Shown one piece after another: positions 51,401 through 62,510 of a stretch of 64,000 nt of DNA. Under the pieces are notes generated by a model. It was not told the origin of the DNA and searched no databases. It saw nothing but the letters and a program-made list of their open reading frames with translations. Source of the stretch: Isurus oxyrinchus (lineage: Eukaryota); the NCBI GenBank assembly GCA_026770705.1, contig JANJGN010000036.1, positions 682,001-746,000 of the forward strand, in the 5' to 3' direction. Both the position numbers and the translations under genes were made by a program. Within the stretch, counting starts at the first letter, position 1, and each line of letters starts with the position of its first letter.

Positions 51401-52958
51401 CTTGCCTGTTTTCTGCTTATAAAGTGCATCAAGTGTGGAACTGACCTCAATTTAATTCCAACATCCACTGCCTAATCAGGGGGGCGGATGTAGATTCAAC
51501 ATTAACTTTCGGAAGAGTAATCAGATTCTAACTTGAAGAGGAAAATGTGGAAGTGTTGTGGGGAAAGGGGGATCCAATGGGATAACGCTTACAAAGAGAT
51601 AGCACAGGCACGATGGGCCGAAATCGCTCTTTCCGCATCTATCGTTCTAGAATTCGACGATGTCTTGGAGAAATATAAGCCAAGTCCAGAAATTGTTTAC
51701 AAGGGCACGTCTACACCTGAGGCTAAGGCAACCCTAACTTATTTTTTAAATCATATTTAGAATATACATATTTATAGTTTGCTTTACAGCTGCAGGTTCC
51801 AACAATAAATTAATTTCTCCAATTGACTCTAAAGTTGCGTAAAAGCCTCCATTGAGCAGATCGCCTACTCACCTCCCCCTGACTCTGCTGCTTTCGAGAA
51901 CGGCAAACTCTTTGTCCAATATTTGCCTGGAGACCCCAGTTGAACAACACAAGTACAGACACCGCCGCTTCTCCAGGTTTCCCTCGATACTATGACGTGA
52001 CTTCTGACACTGTAAGTCCCATCCGCCTCCTTCATACCGGGATCGCTAGGCCCCTCAGTGACCAGGTCGGAAATATTCCAGAAAATAACAACCTGGTTGG
52101 AAGAAACTCCACTGACCAAACACACTAAGGGGACGGTTTCCCTCAAATGCAGCTCACCCGGCGGGACAAACACCAGCACAGCCGTCTTGTTGGTGGAACT
52201 GTCTGGACAGAGATTGGGACTCAGTTAACGATGCATTAGCCCCAAATGATAATGCATGATCTGAATTAATTTCACTTGCTCTCTTACCTCCAACCAGTAG
52301 TGTTGATCCATTGTGGAGCGGAGCATTGCTACTCCTATGAGAACTGTAATAAGAACCCCAGTCATTTTTCTGGACATTGCGAATTTCCAGAATCAATTGA
52401 TGTTTGTTTTTGCCTTCTTTGGAAATAAACTTACAATTGCCCCACTGACAGGAGTGAGTGTCTATTAGTATCGGGGCTTCACCCACACGTTGTTTGTACC
52501 AGAAATAGAGAGACACCGATTTCACTTCGTAAAAGTAGTGCGAGGTTAATTCCACCGTCTTTCCGACTTCAGCTGTCATTATGAAGGGGCCCGGAGCCAG
52601 AGAGAGCTCGGATTCTGTAACAAGATAGATTATTGTTACATCACTATCGCTTATTGGGAGATTTTAAGCAGCCGCTATGAAAGACTTCGCCTGTAATATT
52701 AAAATAGTCACATCATTGCCTGTAATTATAGGTGTTTAGATTAATTTTGCAATTTGAATCCTTCGCTTTCTCGGAGGAACGACTAAATAAAAACACAGGA
52801 TCAGGTCAAATCGCTGCACCTGGCCACTAGGTCATATTTTCTGCTTAGTAAACACTGATTCTGGCTGATTTCACTTTAAAATTCTCACTCTCCTCTTACT
52901 CACCATAAAGCCGCAGCATTTGAAAAATGAATATCAGAGATAAAGATCCCTTCGACAT
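48426..52958 (-). CDS. Type B non-rearranging VJ-C1-TM receptor, intact ORF, 8 coding exons, 342 aa
   Basis: Exons (minus strand): 52958-52904 (leader MSKGSLSLIFIFQMLRLY, gtgagt), 52614-52288 (V, WYKQ, ending NGSTLLVG, gtaaga), 52202-51873 (C1: LVCLVSG..FW..DGTYSVRS..W..CTC), 51028-50927 (GWC + TM MLALPVIITVLVILVLLLVFISIWI), 50828-50798, 50566-50514, 50093-50044 and 48506-48426 (TQSGPLYASLDLAALEKRSKKKGDGR*). All introns are GT-AG with compatible phases. The total is 1029 nt. The distal cytoplasmic exons are less certain than L/V/C/TM. Confidence 0.82.
51873..52202 (-). CDS. Type B C1-set constant domain exon
   Basis: ORF 51865..52179: VPLVCLVSG..IFWNIS..DGTYSVRSH..TWRSGGVCTCVVQ. Acceptor gtccag, donor gtgagt. 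Confidence 0.92.
52288..52614 (-). CDS. Type B VJ exon (atypical V domain with Cys->Ser at both canonical positions)
   Basis: VELTSHY..FWYKQRVGEAP..LEIRNVQKNDWGSYYSS..HNGSTLLVG. Acceptor ttacag, donor gtaaga. Confidence 0.88.
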
Positions 52959-52959
52959 C

Positions 52960-53210
52960 TTGATGCGATGAGTTCACCCTGTTTACACACTCAGCAGTTT
53001 GTTTGTGCAGGCGGAGTGGCCTCTCACTGACCTGAACTCAGTCCCAGTCAGTTGCTCCCCTTTCAGATGCGGTGGAAAGTATGACGAGTTATGGTATGGA
53101 AAGTATGACACCATTTTGGATGCGGTGTCGTGGCGAATGTCACATGCGTTTGACTTACTGTGATCACTGACTGTGCGTCACAGTGGTCAAGTGGCAGCAT
53201 GTCTTTCAAG
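52960..53210 (-). promoter_or_regulatory. Conserved type B promoter block
   Basis: Blocks ctgacctgaRctcagtcccagtcagt, tcagat.tggtg/cggtg, gaaagta..aca and cacagYggtcaa are shared with 27000-27235 and 63470-63680. Confidence 0.55.
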
Positions 53211-54829
53211 ATAATAATTGTATAGGTGTACGCTCAATATTGTAGTTAAAGTTTAATTGAATTTAACCACCCCCAATTGTCATTGAGAAGGTGGCGGTGA
53301 CCCAGTTTTAATAACCTCCGTCAAATCGCTCTTCAGTCTTGTCCTGAGAGAAAAGAGACTTGGCCTAATCAGTTATTCCTGTTAGCTATAATCTTTCAGC
53401 TCTGGCAGTAACCTTGTACATTTGTCTTCCACCTTGTCTTCCACCGCGTGCAGTGCATTGCTTTTATAAAATTGAGTCCAGGAATGTGCACATTTTGTCC
53501 AAGTGTGACCTGAATAAGTTTCTATAGACGAACATGTCTTCTTTGTTTTTCACTTATGTTCCTCTGCAAATAAGCCCCGTGCTGATTTGCATTTTTCCTG
53601 TTAAGATCACAGGCAATTGCGTCAAAGAGAACTTCCAATATAATGACTCACAGGGCGAATGAACCATTCGTTTGATCCGCGTCAGAAACAGCCCAGAACC
53701 TGAGGGCAAGATAAAAGCAAAATTCTGCGGATGTTGAAATCTGAAATAAAACCAAAAAGTGCTGGCAAATCTCAGCAGGAAGACTGTGAAGAAGAGCCTT
53801 AAGGACTCGAAACGTTAAATCTGTTTCTGTTTTAGACTTGCTGAGTTTTCTCAGCATTTTCTATTTTGAGTTCAGAAACTGAGGCCTCTGTTTCCAGGGT
53901 TTGTATTTAGATCCTGAACGGGGATCACACTCCCGCATTCTGCTGATGAGTGAGCGGCTTCACTATAAATAACCCGGGTAGAACCGGCTCACGTAACCCA
54001 GTGGCTATAACAGTGGACACGATTTTTAAAAAGAGCAGGTTTTCCGAAAAAGCCGTGTTAGGGTTTAAAGGAAACTAATTCTCAGAGGGAAATCAGCACG
54101 AGCCGGACACAGAGAATCTCCGGGAAGCTGTAATGAGAAAATTCTTTACGTTAGCGAAACCGAGGGGCAGTGGGTGTAAGGTTCATAAAAATCTGATATA
54201 AATAGAAATTTACTTTATGTTTTGCTGAAGGCAAGAGTCCGCTAATTTATTTGAACCCGCTCATGAGATTTGTGGGTCGCGGGCTAGAACAGTGTTTATT
54301 GCCCATCCCTAATTGCCCCTTGAGAAGGTGGTGAGCGGCTTTCTTGGAAAGCTGCAGTCCCTGTGGTACAGATACACCCACAGTTCTCAGGGAGGGAGTT
54401 CCAGGATTTTCACCTAGAGACAGTGAAGGAACGGCGATAAAGCTCTGAGTCAGGCTACTGTTTGTCTTGTGGGGTAATTGGAGTTGGTAGTGCTTAGATG
54501 CCCCCTCTGCACTTGTCTTTCTAGTCGGTGTCAGCCTTGGCGATTGGTTGCAATGCTGCATGTGGATAGATAGTGCAAATTGAATTCTCTCTGAGCCTCT
54601 GATGAAGCAAATGCATGATTTGTGAGTCATGTTGGGGATCAGTTATTTTTTTTTAATACGAGCATCGCAGATAAACAGTGACCCGGTGTCAGGTCAGTGA
54701 GGACACTGTAAATGAGGTGAATGTACACCAGCCTGTTCTCTGTTCAGCTGAATCTACCCTGGACGACAAAGCCTCTTCTATCTGCGCATTGACCTTGAGT
54801 CAAATGCAGGCGGTTCTGTAAATGAAGTG

Positions 54830-55565
54830 TCTCAAATGTAAAAACAGGAAAATCACCGAGAGCTTCTGGATCGAACATCGTTTTCCATCTCAAGCGAAAA
54901 GCGGCCAGAAACTCGGCCAGCGGTTTACGCCAATCGATGTACTTTTCACAGCCTCGGAATGGATTGTGAGACTGTAAACAGCCGCGGTCACAGCCAATGC
55001 GCCTCTTTGCTGTCCAGCCCCGCTCTCTGCTGCAAGGTCCACTGACTCTCTTCTTTGCTATTCAAGATCAAGCATTTTCGCAGAACAGTTTAGACATTCA
55101 GTAAGGAGCAACGCTCATTCCAGAACCCATTCTAAAAGTTATTCATTCTACCAGTTTAGTTACATTAAGATGAAAGTTTATCCCTCCTCACACAGTCAGC
55201 ATTCTATTGAAAATTCCTTGGCATGGGTTCCTGTGAAGTCTTGGAGAGAATTTGCAGCACAGATTTCCTTCTTTTACTTTATAAATGGCTCGAGCTTGCC
55301 ATGAGGGAGTCCCATAAAATAATCATTTGACCCAGCAGTATTTATTAAGTAATTTGTCTTCGTTGGCGTGGTGCATTTTGACCCTTTACAACAACTGTCA
55401 CCATTATCCAGGGTCTACTCTTCATCCTCATTCGTATTTGGATTCACTAAAGTGGCTGATCTGGTAAGTATTAATGTTTAACAGGGCCTGATTAATAAAC
55501 GTTTGTTAATATGCTCGCTTTTAAATACTAATTTCAGCTTCTTTTTTCAGAAAACCGAATGAATA
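54830..55565 (+). pseudogene. Relic: type A promoter/leader followed by a type B-like TM exon, both on the + strand
   Basis: aaaacaggaaaatcaccgagagct resembles the gene A promoter. gtcacagccaATGCGCCTCTTTGCTGTC at 54997 resembles the A leader. 55350-55565 aligns by eye with the B TM exon, its intron and the next acceptor (tggtgcatt..tctactctt..atttggattcactaaagtggctgatctg|gtaagt). Confidence 0.55.
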
Positions 55566-56934
55566 TATCCCAAAAGGAAAATTGTCTACCATTTTGTAAA
55601 ATTCATCACTTACAATCTCGCTGTATTCATCACTGTATCTAACCAGTTCAACCGAAACGTGCATTCCAATTGTACAGATATTTTATTATTTTCCAAGTTC
55701 TTTTCAGATTGACTCTGAGACCCATAAACGTTTCCAATCTAAATATTTATATCAAGTGACCAATGACTAAAACATCATCAGCAAAATGAGCGAAGTAGGC
55801 CATCGATCCTGCTCCACCATTGAAGAAGATCTTGGCTAATCTGGTTGTAGCCACAAGTGCAGTTTCCTGCACATAACTCAAGACTTCCTTGTCAATCAAA
55901 AATCAGCCCAAATCAGACTTAAACATACTGAATGGCGAAGCCTCCAGTGCTCTCTGGGGAAGGGAATTCCAAAAAATCTAACGACCAACTGAGAAAAGAA
56001 GTTCCTCCGCATCTCCATCTTAAAAGGGAAATCACATGATGTGAAACAGTGCCCCTACATTCCTCCACGAGTCGAAGCACCCTTTCAGCAGCTACCCAGT
56101 GAAACCCCCTCAGTATCTTATATGGTTCAATAAGTTCACCTCATTCTTATATTTACAACCAAAAGTGCATGTTTGATATTTTTTGTCTGTATGTAGTTTG
56201 AGTTTGTAAGAAATATTTCTCCAGGTATTAGAGGGCATTAGGAGTCTATAATGATCACCTTCATTTGCATCCCAAGAGCTACTACCCCTCTAACTGGAAC
56301 CTCATTGTCACCAACAAAAGAAGCATTCGTTAAGGCTTAGGAGGTAATGTCTTCGTCAGATTCTTTTTGCCAAGAATGGATTTTGCTCTATTGAAAAAGC
56401 CGCCAATAAGAATGCGGGAGAGAATGGATAACTCAAATGGATTCTAGCAACTTTCCAAAGAGACCCACTGATGTCGAAAGCACTAATTTAACTTTCAGTG
56501 TGAGGCATTGGGCACTATCAACCAGCAACTAAACAATCTTATACTAGAGTGGTTAAGAGAGTTAAAGTTACTTTGGGTGGAGACAGATACAATTCCCTCA
56601 TGAGTGTTGAGTGTGTCTGTGTGTGTATGTGTGTGTCTGGGGTGGGGTGTGTAGGAGGCGTGGAGTCCAGACCAAGAGGTCATTGCCTTCAAATTATAAC
56701 CAGGCCACCCAGGGGTGATGTCCAGAAACAATCTGTCCCCCCAAGAAATGGCGGATGGGGCATTTAGTTGCAGTGCGTTACTGAAAACATGATGCGCTGT
56801 AAGGTCTCAGGCACGTGATGACCTCTGTAACTGTTGGGTAATAGATGATTAACACAGATTATGTTAAGAAATCTCACCCTCCACAGGCCCCTTCACCTTG
56901 AGATCTGTCAGTCTACTGTATACTATCGTAATCA

Positions 56935-56969
<35 letters not shown>

Positions 56970-57147
56970 CCTCTGTCCCACACTTGCAGGCAGGCATTCA
57001 TCATTCGTGCACATTCGTCTCTCCCTATGCATCATTCTTTACACCTGCATCACAGCACAACACAGTCTCTCCCTCCGCTCTCTCTCTTGAGATCTCCCGC
57101 TCTCTATTTCTTCATCCATCCCCTCTCTCTCTCTCTCTTGCACACAC

Positions 57148-57190
<43 letters not shown>

Positions 57191-57689
57191 ACATACCCTT
57201 CTCTGCCCCTCGGTATTTCTGCTTTGCCATTACTCTCCCTGCGTTATATCTACTTTTGCTTTTTCTGTTAGTCTCAGTTCTGTCTTTCTCCCTGTATTTC
57301 TCGTCTCTCTGCCCCCACTCACTGGAGGAGATTTCGACTTAGTACCATGGTGTTTTATAGCTGATAAATGTACTGTCATCCTTCTGTTTTCCATTTCTCC
57401 CGAATTTTATTGCCAGTTAGTGGTAAGAATAGTGGAGAGAGGTGGATATAAGCGGATGGTTCACAAGCACCCGGTTTGCAGGATTGAACAGAGTCAAGAT
57501 CCAGCCCAGTGCCCGGTCTGGGGGGAAATTAATTATTAATGATTAAAATGAGGACGATTTTGTCCTTAAGATTTGAAATGATGCATTTCGAACAGGGACT
57601 AAATCATGATGTGAATGTCTTTTTACACTATGCTCAGAGATGGACTGACAGCGGTGGGGTTGTAGGGGAGGACATAAGGAATAGTAATT

Positions 57690-58140
57690 GTGAATCTAAA
57701 TGGGGAGGAGGCGGATCAAACCGGGGTCTGTTCACATGGAAATGGTGAATCAGACAGGGTTGTATTTGGAGAGTGGGGGAATCAGACAAGGATCAGTTCA
57801 CAGGGTGCTGGGATCAGACAGAGATCTGTTCACATGGAGTGGGTATCAAGAAGGGATCAATTCATCAGGTGGTGGAATCAGACGGGACCTGGTCACATGG
57901 AGGGGGGATCAGACAGATCTGATCACACGGAAGCGTAATCATACAGGGAACTATTCACTACATGAGGGCATCAGGCAGATACTTGTTCATATGGTGGCAG
58001 CAAATCAGACAGGTGTGAGTTCACAGGGGCGGAGATCAAGACAGTTGTTCAGTTCACAGGGAGGGGGATTTCACATGGGTATCTGTTCACAGGGCATTGG
58101 AAAAGCAGGCAGGTGACAGTTCACAGGGAGCAGAGTCATC
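57690..58140. repeat. Degenerate ~35-bp tandem repeat
   Basis: Recurrent ggRatcagacagggatctgttcacaYgg units. Confidence 0.75.
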
Positions 58141-58215
58141 CCGGGTAATTTCACTTGCTAAACAATCAGCACTCTCTCCTTCTTCTTGCTTCACCTGATA
58201 CTGGTGTTCTTGCGA

Positions 58216-58251
58216 TTGTCCTGATGAGTGCAAGACGAAAAGCTTCAAGAA
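58216..58251 (+). ncRNA. Minimal type I hammerhead ribozyme-like motif (Penelope-associated)
   Basis: TTGTC-CTGATGA-GTGCAAGAC-GAAA-AGCTTC: catalytic core boxes, a short stem II and a palindromic AAGCTT stem III. The 3' arm of stem I is partly mutated. Confidence 0.6.
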
Positions 58252-58649
58252 AATGTCTTTTTTCAGCGACACTCAAGTTCTGTGCTGTCTTCAGTCTCTT
58301 CCAGTACAGTGTGTGGCACTCTGTCATACTTCAATAAACACACAGCATCATCAGATTTGCAGTTCTCGTTTGATATCAAACATCCACTGCTGCCTTGTGT
58401 TACAGAGGTCAGTTAGACAGCAGTGCAGAACATGAGTAGAAGCACTCCCAGGTAATTTGCCTGCATTAAGCAAGTGTTAGCGCTACTCAGCTTGCAACTT
58501 TGAAAAAAATGGCTTTTGACTTTTATTTTTGCTTTTATATTTTCACTTGCCTAACACCCACTAAAACTATAATTTGTGCTAACAGCTCAGACATTTAAGG
58601 ACTCTCTCTGCATCACACTAACTCACCTTACTAATATTGCTCTTTTTCA

Positions 58650-59170
58650 AAAATCCCTTGGTGAACTCCTGCAGCGCCTCCTGCAGATGGCACGCAATGC
58701 TGCTACTGTGCGTCGGTGGTGGAGGGAGTGAATGCTTGTGGATGTGGTGTCAATCAAGCGGGGCTGCTTTGCCCTCGATGGTGTCGAGCTCCTTGAATGT
58801 TGTTGGAGCTGCACTAATCCAGGCAAGTGTGGAGGATTCCATCACACTCCTGACTTGTGTCTTGTAGATGGTGGACAGGCTTTGGGGAGTGTGAAGTGCA
58901 CCTGGACACAGCACAAGGTTAAATGCGGTTGTGAGATCCTTCTCAGGTTTATTCTGCGCTCTGAAATTGGCTGTTCCTTTTGCAGCTAATGTTAAATCCG
59001 AAGACAAAGCGAGGTCCCAGTGGACAGTTGTCCCCTGATTACCAATGACTTCAGTTTTCTCGTGCCACAGTCGTCAAATGCGGCCTTGATGCCAAGGGCA
59101 ATCACTCTCACCTCATCTCGTGAGTTCAACTCTTTCTTCCAATGTTTGACCCACGGCTGTAATGGACGAA
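58650..59170 (-). mobile_element. Non-LTR retrotransposon RT fragment (CR1/L2 group)
   Basis: ALGIKAAFD..; STIYKTQVRSVMES..AWISAAPTT. Confidence 0.8.
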
Positions 59171-59214
59171 ACATCTGAACTCCCGAGGTGAGCTGAGGGT
59201 GACCTGAAGCGGGA

Positions 59215-59510
59215 CCCGGATTCGAAGCCCACCACGGCAGATGGTGAAATTCGAGCTCAATAAAAATCTGGAATTAAAAGTCTGATGATGACCATGAAAC
59301 CATTGCCAATTGCGCTAAAAAACCATCTGGTTCACTAATGTCCTTTAGGTAAGGAAACCTGCAGTCATTGCTTGGTCTGGCCTACATGTGACTCTAGACC
59401 CACTGCAATGTGGTTGACTCTTGTATGTTCTCAAAACAAGGGCAATTAGGGATAGGCAATAAATTCTGGTCTAGTCCGTGTTCCCCACATCTTGTGAAGG
59501 AATAAAACAA
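59215..59510 (+). mobile_element. SINE-like element sharing its 3' tail with the adjacent LINE family
   Basis: B-box-like GGATTCGAAGCCC at the start. Ends in aagggcaattagggataggcaataaat, like the LINE tails. Confidence 0.6.
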
Positions 59511-59519
59511 ATCGGTACT

Positions 59520-60360
59520 CCTCAGATACTGAAGCAGTCCATGCTGAAATGTAATGAGTCCTCGGCAATACCCAGGCCTGGGCAGAGAAGTGGAAAATAA
59601 CATTCGCTCCTCACAAGGGGCATGTAATGGTGATCTCCAACATTGGAGAATCTAACCATCGTCCCTTGACGTTCAATGGCAATAATATAACTGAATCCCT
59701 CACTCTCAACATCCTGGCGGTTACCATTGACCAGGAACATAACTGGGATAGCCAGATAAATACTGTGGCTACAAGATGAGATCGAAGGCTGAGGATCCTG
59801 CGACGAGTAACTCACCTCATGAGTCCCCAAAGCCTGTCCACCATCTACAAGGCACAAGTCAGGAGTGTGATGGAATACCCTCCACACACCTGGATGAGTG
59901 CAGCTCCAACAACAATTAAGAAGCTTGACACTATCCAGGGCAAAGCAGCCCATTTTGATTGGCAATCCATTCGGAAATATTCACTCCCTCCAGCACCAAT
60001 GCAGAGTAACAACAACGTGTAACATATAGAAGATGCACTGCAGGAATTCACCAAGTCTCCTTATATAGCACCTCCAAAATTCCCCGGCACTACCATCCAG
60101 AAGGGCAGGGGTAGCAGGTTGATGGGAACACCACCACCTGGAATTTCCCCTCCAAATCACTCACCATACTGACTTGGAAATATATCACCATTCCATTACT
60201 ATCGCTGGGTCAAAGTCCTGGGACTTTTCTCCTAACAGCACTTTGGGTGCACCTACACCACAGGGACTGCAGCAGTTCAAGAAGGCAGCTCACCACCACC
60301 TTCTCAAGGGCAACCAGGGATGGTTGGCCCAGCCAGCGAATCCCACATCTCATGAATCAA
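59520..60360 (+). mobile_element. Non-LTR retrotransposon 3' portion (CR1/L2 group)
   Basis: LSTIYKAQVRSVMEY..WMSAAPTTIKKLDTIQ plus the conserved 3' tail. Confidence 0.85.
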
Positions 60361-60499
60361 AAAGAAATCCCATTGCCGATCTCCAAATGTCCCTGCTGGG
60401 TGCTGTCAAAATCACACACTCACCCAGTCATACACACGCTCACAAAAACACTCTGTCTCTCTCACCCACATGGCCTCACACACATCAGATCTCAAACCA

Positions 60500-60900
60500 G
60501 CTTATATTTCACCTCATTTCTATTTTTCCTTAGTTCTGTTCAAGAGTCATATGGACTCAAAACATTAACTGTGTTCCTCTCCGCCGATGCTGTCAGACCT
60601 GCTGAGTTTTTCCAGCTATTTTTGTTTTTGTGTTGCCTAAGTTTCTGTTTGTGAGCGTGTGTGGTGGAGGGGGGTGCCGGTGGCGCTGGGACAGGCAGAG
60701 CCAGATAGAGGGCCAGTGATAGGTGGAGATTGCCAAAAGATGTCATCGACACGAGGACAATTAAGTGTTGACGGTGGTGATATTATATTTGAAATGTGCT
60801 AATGGTGACATTAAGGGTAGAAAGCAGGACAAGCAAGGTACAGATAGCCCTAGTGGGGTGGGGTGGGGGGAAGGGATCGAAATAGGCTATAAGGTAGAAA
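60500..60900. mobile_element. Penelope-like terminal-repeat fragments in both orientations
   Basis: 60500-60630 is the reverse complement of 530-665; 60690-60900 is a direct match to 680-890. Confidence 0.75.
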
Positions 60901-61883
60901 TAACTCTTAGGCAACATCTCGGATCTCAGTACTAGTAGAGATAATTCTGCTTTAAACCCTCCTTTCCAGTCTCTTGCTCATCTTCCATTCCCTTCAATCT
61001 ACTGGAAACTAACAATTGGAACCTGTAAGCATTTGGAAGATATTTACGGATGGCTCCAGGTTATCTTTAATTTGGAACCTTTATCTAATCTGTCCCCTCG
61101 AGGTGTTGTTTCACAGAGTTGCCCCTGAGAATATCAGTTGTGTTTCCTTCTTGATGAGAAATGTTGAATCCTGTGAATTCCCATCGCAGATAATCACGCT
61201 CCCAAACAATAGATAGTCTTTTACTGACTTTATTAAGTGCAGTAACACAGACTAAACCGTTCAGCAATAATTGAATAACTTCACTAAGGACCATTAAGTT
61301 ACAAAGTGAGAGATAATTATTAAAGTGTATGATAAGAACAATTGATTCTATAGGCTCAGGTTGATAAACCATTTTTAACAACAATCAGGTCACCAAGACC
61401 ATTACAATGCGAGGGAAGAGCAGATGTTAATTTCCAGAGGAACTGAATTGAAAGTCACAGAAAATCAAACTTACTTTCTACTACTCTGTATCTCAGAAGA
61501 AGGGTCATACAGACTCGAAACGTTAACTCTATCTTTCTCTCCACAGATGCTGTCAGGACTGCCGAGCTTTTCCAGTATTTTTTGTTTTCCTTTCAGATTT
61601 CCAGCATCCGCAGTATTTTGCTTTTAAACTTAAATATAACCTTGCTCAGATCACACTCACCATACTCTTGGCAGTGTGTAATAATGGCTTTTAAGGAAAG
61701 GAATAGGAAGGTCTACAATCAACGCTGGGAGATTAGGAGGCGGAGATTCAGAGTTAAAGGATTGAAAGAAGCTGAGAGCAGAAAGGAGGCAAATTTCAAA
61801 CTCACGGCGCAGTATCATGGACTGAAGAGATAGACACACACACATAGACTGCTTCATCTTTAGTAGATTCCCCGTAGCTGGGC

Positions 61884-62050
61884 NNNNNNNNNNNNNNNNN
61901 NNNNNNNNNNNNNNNNNNNNNNNNNNNNNNNNNNNNNNNNNNNNNNNNNNNNNNNNNNNNNNNNNNNNNNNNNNNNNNNNNNNNNNNNNNNNNNNNNNNN
62001 NNNNNNNNNNNNNNNNNNNNNNNNNNNNNNNNNNNNNNNNNNNNNNNNNN
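61884..62050. other. Assembly gap
   Basis: N run. Confidence 1.
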
Positions 62051-62089
62051 CAACGCACCCACATCTTTTCGGTCCCAATTTGGCCTCCG

Positions 62090-62510
62090 TTGGATACTGT
62101 CAGAATCACACACCCGGTAATCGCGACCAATACACCATCAGATGTTTACTGCCAGAATCTTGCACACTAACACACACACACATCTTTTTCGAAAATGCCC
62201 TCTGCTCGATATTGTCAGAATGACACACACACATTTTTTCGAATGTGTCCCTTGCTGGATAGTGTCCGAATCACACACATACAAACAAACACACACACGC
62301 ACACACGCACACACTGACATGCACACACAATTTTTTCGAATATGCCCTCTGCTGGATAGTGTCAGAATCACACACACACAAACACACGCACATACACACA
62401 CGAACGCGCGCACACACACACATATATTTTTACGATTATGCCCTCTGCTGGATAGTGTCAGAATCACACGCAGACAATCTCACCATATATATATATATAT
62501 ATATATATAT
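62090..62510. repeat. Tandem repeat (atgccctctgctggatagtgtcagaatcac + CA tract) and (AT)n
   Basis: At least 5 units with variable (CA)n spacers, next to an assembly gap. Confidence 0.85.

Noticed and set aside
51865-51872. Secreted isoforms by read-through of the C exons (B GGGE*, A RGSY*)
   Set aside because: In-frame stops follow the donors, but I saw no convincing nearby poly(A) signal or secretory tail. Unsupported without transcripts.
52810-52830. 7-nt micro-exon (ag|TGGCCAG|gt) in B intron 1, echoed at ~26850
   Set aside because: Inclusion would shift the V exon out of frame, and it is not preserved in the 63-kb copy.
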